This document shows positions 1 to 14,000 of a stretch of DNA of 64,000 nt, piece by piece. The translations under genes were made by a program, and so were the position numbers. The first letter of the stretch is position 1, and each line of letters opens with the position of its first letter. This DNA comes from Oopsacas minuta (Eukaryota; Animalia; Porifera): assembly GCA_024704765.1 (NCBI GenBank), contig JAKMXF010000313.1:150675-214674 (forward strand), given 5' to 3'. Below the pieces are notes generated by a model. That model ran no database searches. It worked only from the letters and a program-made list of their open reading frames with translations, and had not been told where the DNA came from.

Positions 1-1503
1 ACTTCTGGGGATCCTATCAAGTGCCTCCACATCTATATCGATTCAGCATTCCTTAAAACCTGTGTATACCAATTTTCATACTTTATGCCAGAGGTGAACA
101 TATTAGCTGACTTTTGTCACATACCCGCCCCACTAAAAGTGAACATAATTCAATATATATCTTGACTAAAATATCGAAAGACAATATAGAAGGTCGACAT
201 TTGTATAATTAGACTCACCTAGCCTACTGGCGTCGAACAAGGGGTCACTCGATAGGGTTGAGGCATATTTAGCAAATGGAATGTTGTCACATTCCTAAGG
301 AAAATTTCAGTTCCTAGGGACAATATTTATATCAAACTTCCGGAAATTTGATGCTGAACATGAATAAACCATAAATAGTTAATCTGAAAGCAATTGAATT
401 AGATATCCCATATTTACAAATCCAGCGTTTTAATCCTATGACGCCCAAGTTTGAGGGGTGTAAAAATTTTCCTCGCAATTTTGGGCTTGCACCTTTTTCT
501 ATGTTAATTGGGATTTCCTGTGTTGAAATTGTTTGCTAACAAAGTTTTTCAAGGTTGACATATAATTTGAGCTAAAATTCCTGTGAACAATTGATTGAAA
601 CATTTAAAAATTGTTGTAATATATTGCCCTACGGCCAATGTCGCTCCGTAGCCTGAATATTTAGCAATTGTTTATCTAATAAAGATATTAAATTAAATAT
701 TTTTTGAGTCTATATATCCTGGGGATTTCCTTAACATATTTCAGAGCGAAACAATTCTGCCAAAATGAGGATTGCCAATTTTCCACACCACTCAAAATGT
801 ACTTAATCTGTTTGATTTGGACTCACTTATACAGCAAACTCTCATCATAACGAAGTGCTCAGGACTCTGGTTTTATTTCGTTTTAAGCTGAGTAAAATCA
901 ATAACTTTCAAGCTATAGAGGGCAGAGAATCACTTCGTTATAATGGCCGGTGCGAGTTTCTTTATACCCGACTTGTTTATAATGGGAGTTTCCTTAAATC
1001 CGACTTGGTTTTAACCTGAGTTCACTGTACTAACTCTGACTCAATCTATGGTAACTGTGCTTGAATCATGATGTACAAATCTGCGGTAGTATAAAAAGGT
1101 TGAGAAACACTTGCTCATAGTATTTATTTGGGAAGTTGTTACGATGTTTCCTACTGCTTTTAATCTATTATCACCTTCTCTCGTATATTCATCTTTATGA
1201 GTGTTCGTCAGTTTGTATAAATTATCTATTGATTCACTTGCTTCCTAAGAAGCTAGCTACTTGTGATTTGATTACAGTCTAATACTCTATTGTCCGTATT
1301 TTCCGTTATAGATTATGGTTAGACTCTTGATTAGTGTGATGGTACTGCTATTATTTCATCGGAAATAATTGCCCATAGGATTCCAATTTGGTTCCAATTC
1401 TTAACAACTTTGATGTTAACTTCCGTCTCGATCAAGTATATAAATCATGTGGCCTCTCTAGAAAGAAATTATACTTCTGTGCTCTATTAAACTTTATTGT
1501 ATT

Positions 1504-2667
1504 ATGACTCATACGTTTTTCCTTCTTTCTACTATATTTTTCTTGATTTCAGTCTGTTTCATTTTGCAATTATTCATTTCCCACTACCTATTTATTACCA
1601 CATCCCAACCACTCTCTAATGCTGTTGATCACAATTCTTCTCTCTCTTCTACCATGAACGCTTCACAATCACAACTACTAACATTTGATCCTGTCATACA
1701 ATCACTTACAACAATTCCTAAACCCAATGAAGATCTGAATATATTCGCGTTACCAGTTGGAAACGGTGATTGTACAATCGTCCAGTGTCCGAGTGGTGAG
1801 CTCATAATTATAGACGCAGGCAATACCGGAGGAGAGGGCTGGATGGAAGCTATGATCGCTACATTCTTGAAACCTCAGCTGTCTAAAATAACCACACTCA
1901 TGATAATGCATGCAGATAGGGATCATTTTAGTTACATACCTGAACTTTTCACACTTAACGATGTTCCTAACTTAGAGAGGATAATCCTTGGTGGAAGAAA
2001 GGATGACTACACTTCTCCTCCATTTCGAAAGTGGCTTAACATGCACGCAGAGGTTGTTGAGTATATTAACAATGGAGAGCCTTGTATTGGGAAATGTAAC
2101 AATGATCCTCCGCAGTGTAACGGTGGGAAAGACGGAGTTCAGTTCAGATACTTAGGAGCGAACCTTGGTAATTCTGTTGATGGTAGAAGTATTATGATGC
2201 AGATTGTAGCAGGTCCGAATTTCCAAATGTTGCTTCCAGGAGATTTCCTAGGGTCTGATATAGAAGAGCTGCTAGTAAACGAGTGGGAGAGGAGGGGCCA
2301 GCCCCTCAGATCTACGCACTTGAAAATGTCACACCATGGCAACTCTATACGAGCGAATAGTAAGGTGTTTCTATCAGCTGTTGCGCCTGCATTCGCATTC
2401 GCAAGTGCGAGTTACCCAGCACCTCCCGAATGGTATCCATCATGTGAATCCATTAAAACCTTACTAAACGTAGGGTCTATTCAGCTCAGGAGGGTACCAG
2501 GCCGTTTCTCATGTGGCGACGAAGCAGACAGAAAGGCAATTCAGTATGAGAATTGGCCCTACTCTATCTACACTCTTTCTCCCAATATAGGAGATTATGA
2601 AATGGTTACTATTAATGTGCCGATGCCTCCCAGGCCTCACACTAATGATTCTTATATTTTACAATAA
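1504..2667 (+). CDS. ComEC/Rec2-like metallo-beta-lactamase-fold hydrolase with N-terminal signal/anchor, single exon
   Basis: 387-aa ORF. Motifs VGNGDCTIV, IIIDAG, MHADRDH (HxDxDH variant of the metal site), LPGD and KMSHHGNS follow the ComEC MBL domain order. Residues ~5-30 are hydrophobic. Confidence 0.8.
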   Translation: MTHTFFLLSTIFFLISVCFILQLFISHYLFITTSQPLSNAVDHNSSLSSTMNASQSQLLTFDPVIQSLTTIPKPNEDLNIFALPVGNGDCTIVQCPSGELIIIDAGNTGGEGWMEAMIATFLKPQLSKITTLMIMHADRDHFSYIPELFTLNDVPNLERIILGGRKDDYTSPPFRKWLNMHAEVVEYINNGEPCIGKCNNDPPQCNGGKDGVQFRYLGANLGNSVDGRSIMMQIVAGPNFQMLLPGDFLGSDIEELLVNEWERRGQPLRSTHLKMSHHGNSIRANSKVFLSAVAPAFAFASASYPAPPEWYPSCESIKTLLNVGSIQLRRVPGRFSCGDEADRKAIQYENWPYSIYTLSPNIGDYEMVTINVPMPPRPHTNDSYILQ

Positions 2668-4165
2668 TTTTATGTGCTTTATAATGCTGCTTACTATTAT
2701 CCCATGTCAATATTTAAGCCTTATCCCAGATCTTGAATTTACATACTAAACAACTACACATATACTATTATATTACTGTGGTTTTCAACAGCTATTCCCC
2801 CAAAAATGATACATAATTTACAGAGCATTAAAGGAGCCCGCTCCTATGATGATCCAGGAGCGGAAGGTGGAGAAGCGCTCCATTGTAATTGCAAACAATT
2901 TACAAATTTCTTCGTTATTCTGCATAAAATTCAGTATTCTTGCTATAAAAAGTGGATGCTGGGACACTTTAGTATAATTCAGAATTCATTGAAATGGTTT
3001 GACGTTGCACAAATAGCAGTGGTGTATCCAGGGGAAGGGGTCTGGGTGTTCAAACACCCCCTCATAACTGGTTTCCCAAAGGGGTATGTTGTTATTTATT
3101 ATTCGATTTTCCTTAATAACCGCAAAGCTTTTTGGAATCTTATTTACAGAATGCTATCTAATTATCACAATTATTTTTTCAACGAGTTTCCCAGACGATA
3201 TCCCAGAAGACTCCAGATGACTAATATACTAGCAGACTAAATATGTATTCACTAAATAGTATAAATATAATTATGTAGCAAAATTATCAAGTTATCTAAA
3301 CATAAACATCTATACAACTTTGGTACAACTGCACACTATTATAATCTTCCTACTATGTGACAAGAATAGCTGTACATCGATGTTTGAGCTTCTAAGATTG
3401 AAAAGATTTCTGGGGCTTACCCCCTAGTCCCCCCCTTACTGTCGCTCGCTCCAGAGCACCCCCCTCACGATAATCCCAGATAAGCCACTGAATAGCAATT
3501 TCTCGAATGTACAACGGTTAAATTCCATCCTGATTACTTAAAATATACATCTAATGTAATTCTGAAAGAATAAAATGAGCGCGATTAGAGCCCGCTCCAT
3601 TTCTTACCACGGCAGTCGGAGTGAACTCCTTTTCTTAGTAAGGAGCGGAGGTGGGAGCACTCAGCGAGAACCCACTCCACAAAATGAGGTGTGCTTAATA
3701 CTCTGAAAAATTTATATTTTGTACCTAGAAGTCTGTTCAGTCTGTTCAGTACACAGCAAATTGAAAAATGGATACTGGTTATAAGACACCTCATGCTTTG
3801 TGGTAGCAAAATATATATTGTTATTAACCAGTATAAGGTATATGAACAGTTGAACACTCTTTCAGAAGTGGTATATCCAGGTGTTTATTTATTTATTCTG
3901 AAATCACAACCTAGATTATTCATATTAGTTCTCCGTAGCCTATCCTCAGCCAAAACTGTAATCTGAAACTTTCAAGATAGAAAGACAATTACCGTCGGGT
4001 TTGTGGATATTGCTTCAAAAGTGGGTCTGCCACAATCATCCACTTTTGTGCCACTTTATATTTTTTCCATAGAGATTGTATTAGTTTTTTTATGATCTTT
4101 TGAATACTAGGAGCGAACTCACAAGAATAGTAGCAAAATAGGTTCTTAGATCAGAATTAAATTTA

Positions 4166-4617
4166 TTTAAAGTGGCACTAGTAATTGGAGGCACTATATA
4201 TTTAGATGCTATATTTGAACGATTTCGCAAAGAATGTTCCGCCTACGAATTTAATTAACAAAAAATAACCCTTCTATCATTATTGCATTTTCGAGAGATT
4301 CGAGTCATTTGCGTCAAGTTTTAGTTAACAAAATTAAGCCTAGGGTCCACCATGGGAAATAGATCTAGTGTAAATTTCTCATAAATCTAGTCCCCGCCTC
4401 AAAGCCTGGATTATCCACACCCTTAGGTACCCAAACTTTGCACCTATAATTCGATTAATACTTTGTAACTTTACACATTGTAATCCATATTCGCTCAAAT
4501 CAAATGGGAATAGAGCAAATGAGTTTCGCTCAAGTGCGGACCAATCCTATGTCTACTTGTATTGGGGTTTTACATTTATTATTTTATAGTGCCTCCAATT
4601 ACTAGTGCCACTTTAAA
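4166..4617. mobile_element. MITE-like element bounded by a perfect 33-bp inverted repeat
   Basis: tttaaagtggcactagtaattggaggcactata at 4166-4198 and its exact reverse complement at 4585-4617. Related sequence occurs at 24415-24557. Confidence 0.7.
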
Positions 4618-5053
4618 CAATTTAATATACTAAGCTGTCGGTACGGATTGTATTTAGATTTTTGTGATACTTCAAACGCACATGCCAATATCTAAAAGTT
4701 TATTCACATGATCTTCTATGTATTACTAACCATATAACTATGAGTTAACATGAAAGCATTCCATAGTGAAATAATGTTATTCAAAACCATAATTATCTAA
4801 TCTAACACATTATGATATTATGTGTGTTCCAGCCACTCAGCCATGTGGTATCTAGTTACATTGACCTAATTGCTTAATCAAATGCAGTAATGTTAAGGGA
4901 AACAGTACACTTGTATAATCTTTCACTTTCAATTAACTTATATTATGAGTTCATTGTTTTCTTTGAGATAACATGTCGTATATATATAAGGTAATGCTTA
5001 TCTAAGGAGAAAAACTTTCAGTATCAGTTTCATTACTCTCTTACCTTTATATA

Positions 5054-8000
5054 ATGTCAAACTGTTCCAGTGAAGATGAAGAAAATACGCTATTCTATCA
5101 GGTTAATGAACTGATCCAATACTGTGCGGATGGAAAATTAGACATTATTCCCCTCTATATTAATCCAAAAACAGTTAACTGTGTGGACAATGAAGGTAGA
5201 ACTCCGCTCTACGCTGCAGCATGCTCGGGCAATGTTGAGTTATGCAGTTTTCTATTATCAGTGAGTTTAATATCTATATTATTAAATTGCTAATTTTGTC
5301 TGTCTCTCTGTCTGTTTGTCCGTTGTCTAGGAAAGGATTTATAGAATTTTGTATTGAATTCGAATTTATCAATTCTAAGATGTTGCATAACTACTTATTT
5401 ATCGTGTTTATTATCAACAAAGTTAACATAATTCAATAAAACTTTACTAAATATGTCAATAATGCTTGATCAGAATTTCATACTTTCAATAAATTATTTG
5501 TTGTTCTTAGTAAACAAATAGTTGAAATCTTAATTTATCAATTCAATTTTGCAATTATTTACTTTGCTAATTCGATCCACGAAGTGCCGAGCCCCATGCA
5601 AACACAAAGTGTTCGCAAGCGAAGCGACTCTTATATATGTATTATTGTAGTACATATAAAATCCCCAAATATTGTAGTGCCTACAGAGGGGCCGGAAGGA
5701 TTATGGATAATGGATTTAATGGATTTCAAATCCATTAAATACATAAATACATACATTTGGGATGAATTTGGATTCTTTGAAGTCGAATGAATCCATCAGA
5801 TCCATCAAATTTATGAATTTCATGGATTTTTCATAAATTTGATTTTAATATTCGATTCCAAATGGATTGGATTTAGATTATATTTGTGTGGGGAATGGAT
5901 TGCAGATTGGATTTGGATTATGATTTGTATCCATTCAGCACCTCAGAGTTCATATATTCCAAAATTTGACCAATATGTCCAGCCGACAGACTGGGAGTGC
6001 AGTTCGGGTCATTAATTCTACCTAATAAACCTTTTTTACTCGTTGGAGCGAAGGGATTAATTCCTTTGAGTCAAGGGCGGCGGAAGGGGGCTAGGGGGCT
6101 ATAGCCCCCTACTTTTGACTCATCGAATATATATGTGCCGATATATTTCGTTCTCCTTTTTGAAGGTGGACATAGTACACAGGTTAGCCCCCCTAGTTTT
6201 CGTTAGCTTCCGCGCTACTGCTTTGAGTCAGGAGACCCAAAAGAGTAGATATACAGTGGACGTCGATTATAAGAACACCCTTGGGTGTAGCAAGTACTAA
6301 CAATACATGTTCTTATAATATGTTCATACAACAGCCGTAAATATACAAGAATATGTGAGAACCGTTTTCCTGAAAATGGCTCTTATTTCTGTTATGTTCT
6401 TATAACCTGCGTCCACTGTATAATTAATTACATGAAAATCATGTAGGTATTATATTGTAGGTCAAAATTAGAGTTTATATGCTCGATAAATCTTGACCAC
6501 AGCATTCTACGCACTAAAGCGTTGGTGTTCGCTGATAATTTTAAGCAGATGGTTCATAGTTTCAGACTTTGTTAGGCAGGTCAGAAGTGTACCTCGGGGC
6601 CCATTTTCCACCTTAATACCCATATTTATCCACCTCTAATTACTCTTAGATCATAGGATAAATGTGTTTACGTATATTCAAACTTTAGAATCATTTTATA
6701 CATTGTCACATTACTCAAGCATTATTTGCTAGCAGATGCTAGTATAGACATGAGTATACAGATATTTCAATTAATCAGAATTTATTTTCTCATCATTTCT
6801 TATTTAATTAGTCCAACGCAGACGCTAACCAACAGACTGGACATGATTTCTACCCGATCCATGGAGCTTCTTCTCATGGACACGATAATGTGCTAAACCT
6901 ACTGTTGAAGCACACTACTGGGATTAACGTACAAGATTCTAATGGTGATACAGCATTGCATCTAGCTTGTTGCAGAGGTAACGAAGAATGTGTGAATATT
7001 TTGTTAGATGCAGGATCTGCCCTCGATATAAAAAATAATCTTGACAAGACTCCTGCAATGGAAGCTGCCAGTAATTCTCATTTTAACATAATGCAAGTTC
7101 TCAAAGACTTCGGGAATTCTAAAGGTATATCTCTAGAAATATTTTCTAAAATTTCTACGTATATGCAAATTTTGAAATGAGTAACCTCTTCTACTCTCTA
7201 TCAAAACCCAAATTACACATTACTGTTAAAATATCTTAAAATAGTTATCAGCTGTTTGAGTTCAAACATTCGTGAATAATAAACTCCAGGCAATGACTTG
7301 ATTAATATATCTATCTTATTTATTCTCAATTGTTGTCTGTTTATTTGTTTGTTCGTTGTCATGGAATGGAAATATAGTATGCGATTAGAATTCGAGGATC
7401 GTAATTCGGAGATGTGCGTATGATTATGGATATTCGAGGTCGCAACTTGGCTAGTTTTCGGTCCGAACCCAAAAAGGCGACCTCCAATAATACGTATATC
7501 GTGTTTATCAAGGAATTTAATTGAATTCAATAAAACCAAATATATCTGATTTTTTGGAATAATCGTACCGTGACCTTATGTAAATGCAATACGGCTGAAA
7601 ACAAATATTCGAATATTAGTTCGTATTGATGACTATGAAATTTAGGATGGAATGTTTTCAGAATCATCATGACTCAATTAGACAATCTATATTATTCAAT
7701 CTCAATTGTTGTCTGTGTGTTTGTTTGTCCGTTGTCAAGGAAAGGATTTACGGTATGCAATTGTAAAATTGTCGCATAACTATGTATTTATCGTGTTTAT
7801 CAAGGAAGTAAAAAGAATTCAATAAAACTTCACTAAACATATCGAACATACTGAATCCGATTTTCACACTTTTGGATTAATCATATTTAAATAGATTGTT
7901 CTTTCTATGAATATAAATTAATCAAATAGCAAAATCTCGAAAATTACGTAGATACTTGCTCTCAACGGCTACAAAGGGAGTTGACAAAACACTTCAATAA

Positions 8001-11000
8001 TAAATGTGCCATATACGTATATTTGTGAATTACATTGTTCTAAATATATATTTGTATAATACTCAAAGGGGCCGTCAATTTGGAGAATAATGGATACCTC
8101 GAGGCGCAATGTGCCGAGTTCATTGCGAAGCGACGGGCCAAATACTCGTTTATAGAATATTATCAGTATAACTATTAACTAATAAATAATATCTTACATA
8201 AGATATTACTACTAAATGATATTTGTTCAATTATTTTGAATGAATATTGGAAAATATATTCGCTTTAGCCCTGAAATTTAAAGATTTTAAAATAATTAAT
8301 TTAATTGTATATTATTTAAATTTGGTCCCCCACACTAGGTCCGGTAGGACCATAAATTGCGCCATGGATGGTCATTCTGCAATAAAATGTACCCCTTGAT
8401 AATTTTAATAATTCATTAAGAAGTGTTGGACTAAATCTACCATGTGGATGTGGAACTTGCCCTGGTTGCTAAATGGGATATTCTCCCGAATATTTACTAA
8501 TAAATCTTGATATTGTAGTAAATGTGGAATTTCCTATTTTTATAGAATATAAGAGGTGGGACCATCCATGGCTCCCATATATGATCCGGTCGGACCGAAT
8601 AGTGAGGCAGGACCGTCAATTTGGAAGATTAATTATAGACTTAAAGTTCGAGTTCATTGCAATTCGACTAGCACTCGTAATTAGTAAAATCGAATCGATT
8701 GTAAATCAGCTTACGCTAATATAACAAAACATACAAACATACAAACTGATAGACTAACAACTCATGAGATTTCTCTCTTCTAGTTCCTGCCAAGAAATCT
8801 ATTGCCCCGAGTCCTATTTCTAACCTTCCTCCGCACATCTCCTTGCCTATTTTCAGCCCAGTTGAGTAAGTTATATGTTTAGACTAATCCGTATATAATC
8901 GCTATGTTTATTCCATTATGAGCATTTCTACAATTCTAATTTATTCGATTGTTTTCGTTTGTTGCACACATACACACGTATCCTTATATATACGTACTTT
9001 ATTTGATTTACTTTTGTGAAATCACAGTTTGGTGCTTATATTTTCAGCCTAAGTTTGCAAAATATAGCTTAGATCAAGTTTAATTACTATTTGACGAGCT
9101 TACGTTTAATACACACACATTCTAATCTCAGCCAGTATTATATCACGTTTCAGTGTAATCTCTTTGAATCGCGATCAGTTTATATATCTTGAATATTAAT
9201 TTGATTTTTTATTGACTGTATTAAATGCTTACGAACGAATATTCGAATATTCGAATATTCTATCAGCCCTACAACTATAATTACGTAATTACTACAGTAG
9301 AACCTCGTTAATACGAACAAGGGTAAGGCATACTTTATTATAAGAAATTAACAGCTCCATGAAATAAATGCGAATTGAAGTAGTTCTCATTTATTTCCTT
9401 GAGTGTTACTAATTTTCAATGGCGATAATTTACATGAGCGTTAATTTCATGAATTTACTAATATCCTTTCCCTCATTCTGGTAATTCAATGCATCGAAAA
9501 TGTTTTGCTCCAATTCACATTAATTTCATTGAGAGATAATTTCCTATAATATGGTGATTATTGGGTACAGTTTTTCTTCCTTATGACTCTTACTTACTTA
9601 TATTGACAATACTCCCGGTAATACCTGATCCAGATAAGGAGTTCAAATTTGACGGGACTGTATTAAAATGAAAGGGACTAAATTTTGAGTTTGTTGAAGT
9701 AGCACGTGTTTTCGGGTACGTCTTATACGAGCTCTAATGTATGCTGATTTCGCTACCTTGTGAATGAATGAGCCAATGAGAACCTAACTCCAGTTTTATT
9801 CTGCCTGTGTGAGGCGAATTTTGGTGACATTATCTAGTAATTTGTTTATCGCGTTAAATAACTGAAAATAAGTACAGTAGAACCCCTTCACTACGTACTC
9901 TATGGACCTAATCGGATAAGACCCTAGACGTACACTCGAATAATACTTATTAATTTCCGTGGGGGTCGGTATTATCCGAATTCTACTGTGTAGCTGTCAT
10001 GGAGAGCAATAATGGTATTGAAAATACCTTTCATTAGTTAACGATCGAAACCACAGTATTTTACCGAAACGGTATTTCGGTATTTCGGCCACTATTTACA
10101 TGACAATAAATATGATTAAATTTTCATCATCATAGTTGTCCTACCATTATATTATTAATCAAGTTCAAGTTTGCTTTCCTGAATTTTAGAGTCTCAAGGT
10201 GTTACTACTACATGACTAAATTATAATTAGCAAATAGCAAATTTCTTATCAACGGCATTGATCGAAAAGAGAAGAAATACTACTAAACACATATTGATAA
10301 TTAAGAATACGAGTATGTATGATATTATAGTTTATAAGTAGGATACAGAGGCTAATATTTGTACAATTGCATTGCATATCCCAATTGAAAGACTATATAG
10401 ATTGTGTATGTTCAATCCTAATTTACACTTCTGAAAAGTATTCTTTTCTTACTCAGAATTATTACTATATTAACATGATTTCGGTTACACCACCGATACC
10501 TAAATTCTGCCGAAACCCAAACCGAAATTCGGTCAGTAACTACAATTCATCAATAATATCAGCATTTAGTCTTGGGCTAGCCTAGATGGGCCCGAATGGC
10601 CCTAACCCCACTACTTTAATTATTTAAAAATTTCATAAACTATGCATGTTATTACCACTGTTTTATAACTAAGATATCATAAACGAATATATCTAACCAC
10701 TCCAGTATGTTTAGTATAATGCCATATATAATAAATTACCAATTGGTACTCCCTTAGTCCATTGCTTATGGACCAAGGGCGACATTATATTCAATTCCCA
10801 TTCCCACGGCAATCCTGAATTGATAGTTGACACAGCTTGGTATTGTATTTGACCTGAAATATTCACAGATCCAGTGGTCCTAAATCAGGCCGAGGGTGGT
10901 GATTCGCGGTATCTACACGAGGGTCAGGGGGCCTACGCCCCATGATATCTTGGAATCAACGCAAAGAAATAGCACAGAGCTACACTACCAGTCTGTTGGC

Positions 11001-14000
11001 TGGAAATTTTTTGATACATTCAATAGTCCACTGGTAGATATTGTCCAATTTATGATTCACAGCCTGGCTTATTTTCTTTCAATTGTGTCTAATTATTAGA
11101 TTTTTTGAAATTTATAAATGCTCATTTGCAAACTTTATTTATAACGATAGAGAACATAAAATGTTTGTCCTGGCAGGATAAATAATTGAGACGGGTGGGA
11201 TATATATTTCATACATATGAACTAAAGTTCCAAATTCGCATATACAGGTTAAAACGATATTTACCGAGAGTAGCTTTTTATCAAAGTATTATATTCAAAC
11301 TTAAGGTTAATACATCAATATTTTTCATATATGCGCTATTATTCCTTTCTTAGAAATGAGAATCAGAATATTCAAAAGCTTTTGGAAGATTCTCGAACTC
11401 CAGAATCAGGTATTCGATACATGTTTTTTGTTTATTATTCCATCATTGATTTCTTTGATACTCAAGTATCTGAATCGTATAGAACAAAGGGGTCGATATC
11501 TTTAATCAAGTTTTATAGAATTATATTTACTTTCTTGATAAACACAATAAATACATAGTTATCGAGATTGCGAAATTCGAATTTTTAATAGGATACCAAA
11601 AACCCTTTTCTTGACAACTAACAAACTAACAACAATTGAGATTTAGATTAACTAATGTAATGTTAGATCAAAAATATTCTGTGGAGGCGGAGAGGTTATT
11701 CTGAGATCTAAATACTGAAGCTTTCAGGATTTGAAACAACATATTCACACAATATCTTCTTATTTTAATTATATTAAGAGTTTTCTTGTGCATTGCTAGG
11801 TCCTACTATTGGGAGTCTGCCTGAACTTTTATCCCCCTCTATTATTGACGTCAGATTCTTACGGCAGAATAACAGACCTTCTTCAGAGCAAAGCTATTAT
11901 ACACCCTCAAGGTATAAATCTATTATTATTCTTAGAGTCTAAGGATCTATTTTTGCCTTAGTATGTGCAGAATACATTGAAGGAATTGATAAAGCTCTAA
12001 GTCTGATTAGTTCAATTTATCAGACGTTTATTATTCTAAAATGAGGTTAATAAATTGGACTTCTTATTTTCTGCCTCAGGGACCTATCCATAGCCCATAG
12101 GCTCCTATTGTTTTGTGAATATAATCAAACCTGGGGATAGAAATCTATTGACCATATTACATATGAATGTATAGTAATCAGCGTTAAAATTCTTGTACCT
12201 TTTTATTTATTTAGTTCCTATTCAAACTCTGTTTGTTCTAACAAATTTTCTGAAATACCTCTTCCAAAGAAATCTCTATCTGGAAACTACCTTAGAGCTG
12301 GCACTTTCACAAACTCTGTTAGTGATGATCGTCACCCCCTGGAAACTAACAGTTTATCTGATTGTGTTATAAAACATATGTTGGAAAGTTTCTTACCCTC
12401 ACCAGAGTCTCTACTCACCTTCAGATTGTCGATGGTTAAGGAATTGGTGCAGAGACAGGCTTCACAGAATAATATCGCCAAGGAATTCTTTGTTATGCTA
12501 CACACCCTTAAGAGTAAGTAAATATTACTAAGTATTCACTCATAGGCTAGCCTACCTATTGAATAGTCAGTACCTGGAAAGGGGCAATAGCCAATATTAT
12601 GAACTCAATTGATATTATCGTTTTTGCCAAGATCTGATAGTTGGTTTTGAAACCTTGTTTTAGGATATTAACATTCGATGAAATTACCACTAATTGGAGC
12701 ATTTTTTGTCTTGTAAGCTTTGAATAAATTCTTTATTCTTAATTCTATATAAATTAATCAGATGTTTTGTCTTTTGTCTTCAGATTTTCATGTTTTTTTG
12801 TCTCTTGAGGATTTAAACAATTGATAATGTGATCGAAATATTTTGTCCCATAGTGAATATTAATGATTTGTCGAAAGTACTGGAATATTACTTAACATAT
12901 TTTCCTGAATAACCGCCCGGGCGCTTATTCGGCTGCAGGTCAAAATGACCACAACCAAAATGGTCACAACCTGGCTGGAGCCTGAGAGCTGGCAAGAATT
13001 TTCCTTGACGTCTCTACCTTGTTGCTGAGAGTCTTTCTAACTCACTAAGGATGTTATGGAATATCAATTTCTTGGATTATCTAACTAGATTGGCATTAGC
13101 GGAGAATATGAGCATTTTAGTACACTAGTTGGATAGCAGTGATGACTTTTCATTGCATTAGCTTTTGGATCTGGAGCCTGGGAGTTGACCAGAACTTTCT
13201 TTGACGTCTCTACGTGTTTCTGAGAATTTTTATCGCATCTAAGATATAATTTCGGTGTCTTGGTTTGTGGCCGTTCGGTTGTGGCCGTTTGAACTTGAGA
13301 ACGCTTATTTTTTTGTGGGCATTTTTTCGTCCTAATATTTTTTCAATTTTGAAAATACAAAAGATTTTGGGAAACTAATCCTCTATATTTGTAGCATGGT
13401 CAAATGTGGCGTAAATTTCAACAAAATATTCTTCTAGAGGGTGGCTTCTGGGCATAAATATAATTATTTAACTACACTTGTCGTAAAATGTGGATTGCAC
13501 AGCCTGAAACTAAAGAATAAGCCATAAATTTGGAAAAAATATAAATATCATCCTTCCGGATGTGGGGCATAATTTGGGACGGGCGGGGATTATAAACAAG
13601 TATGTTTACTTTACATGGCCTAATCGTCTCATTTTGTTTTGAATTTCAAGTGGAATTTTAAATATGTTATACACGAAAGGTACCTGAGATTCGAATAAAA
13701 CATTATTTGTTTTCTGAGCAGTGGTCAGGAACTGGACTCGGGCCTGCAGATCCTGGGGCAGAACTTGACAGTGGTCATTCATGTGAAGTTTCAATAATCC
13801 TTATGAGACTCCGTCAAAATTCCGTTATTGGTGGAATTTTAGTCCAGAAATTGAAATGGGCCTAAAATTAGTGGCGGAGCCAGATTATTAACTTTGAGTC
13901 ACACAGTGGTCGCGCGACCCATGCTGCAAATCGAAATTATTGAAGAGGATATCCTCAACAAGTTTGTAGAAAATGTAGAGGGATTATACTTGTATTGGCT

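Noticed and set aside
2806-3240. 144-aa ORF
   Set aside because: Overlaps repeat/MITE-like sequence, low-information composition, no domain.
5242-5439. Near-identical short ORFs at 5242-5439 (+) and 21330-21512 (-)
   Set aside because: Translations of a non-coding Helitron-like repeat.
13902-13908. Isolated CACAGTG (and CACTGTG at 57189-57195) as possible RSS/Transib ends
   Set aside because: No partner TIR, second block or 5-bp TSD; a few 7-mer matches are expected by chance in 64 kb.
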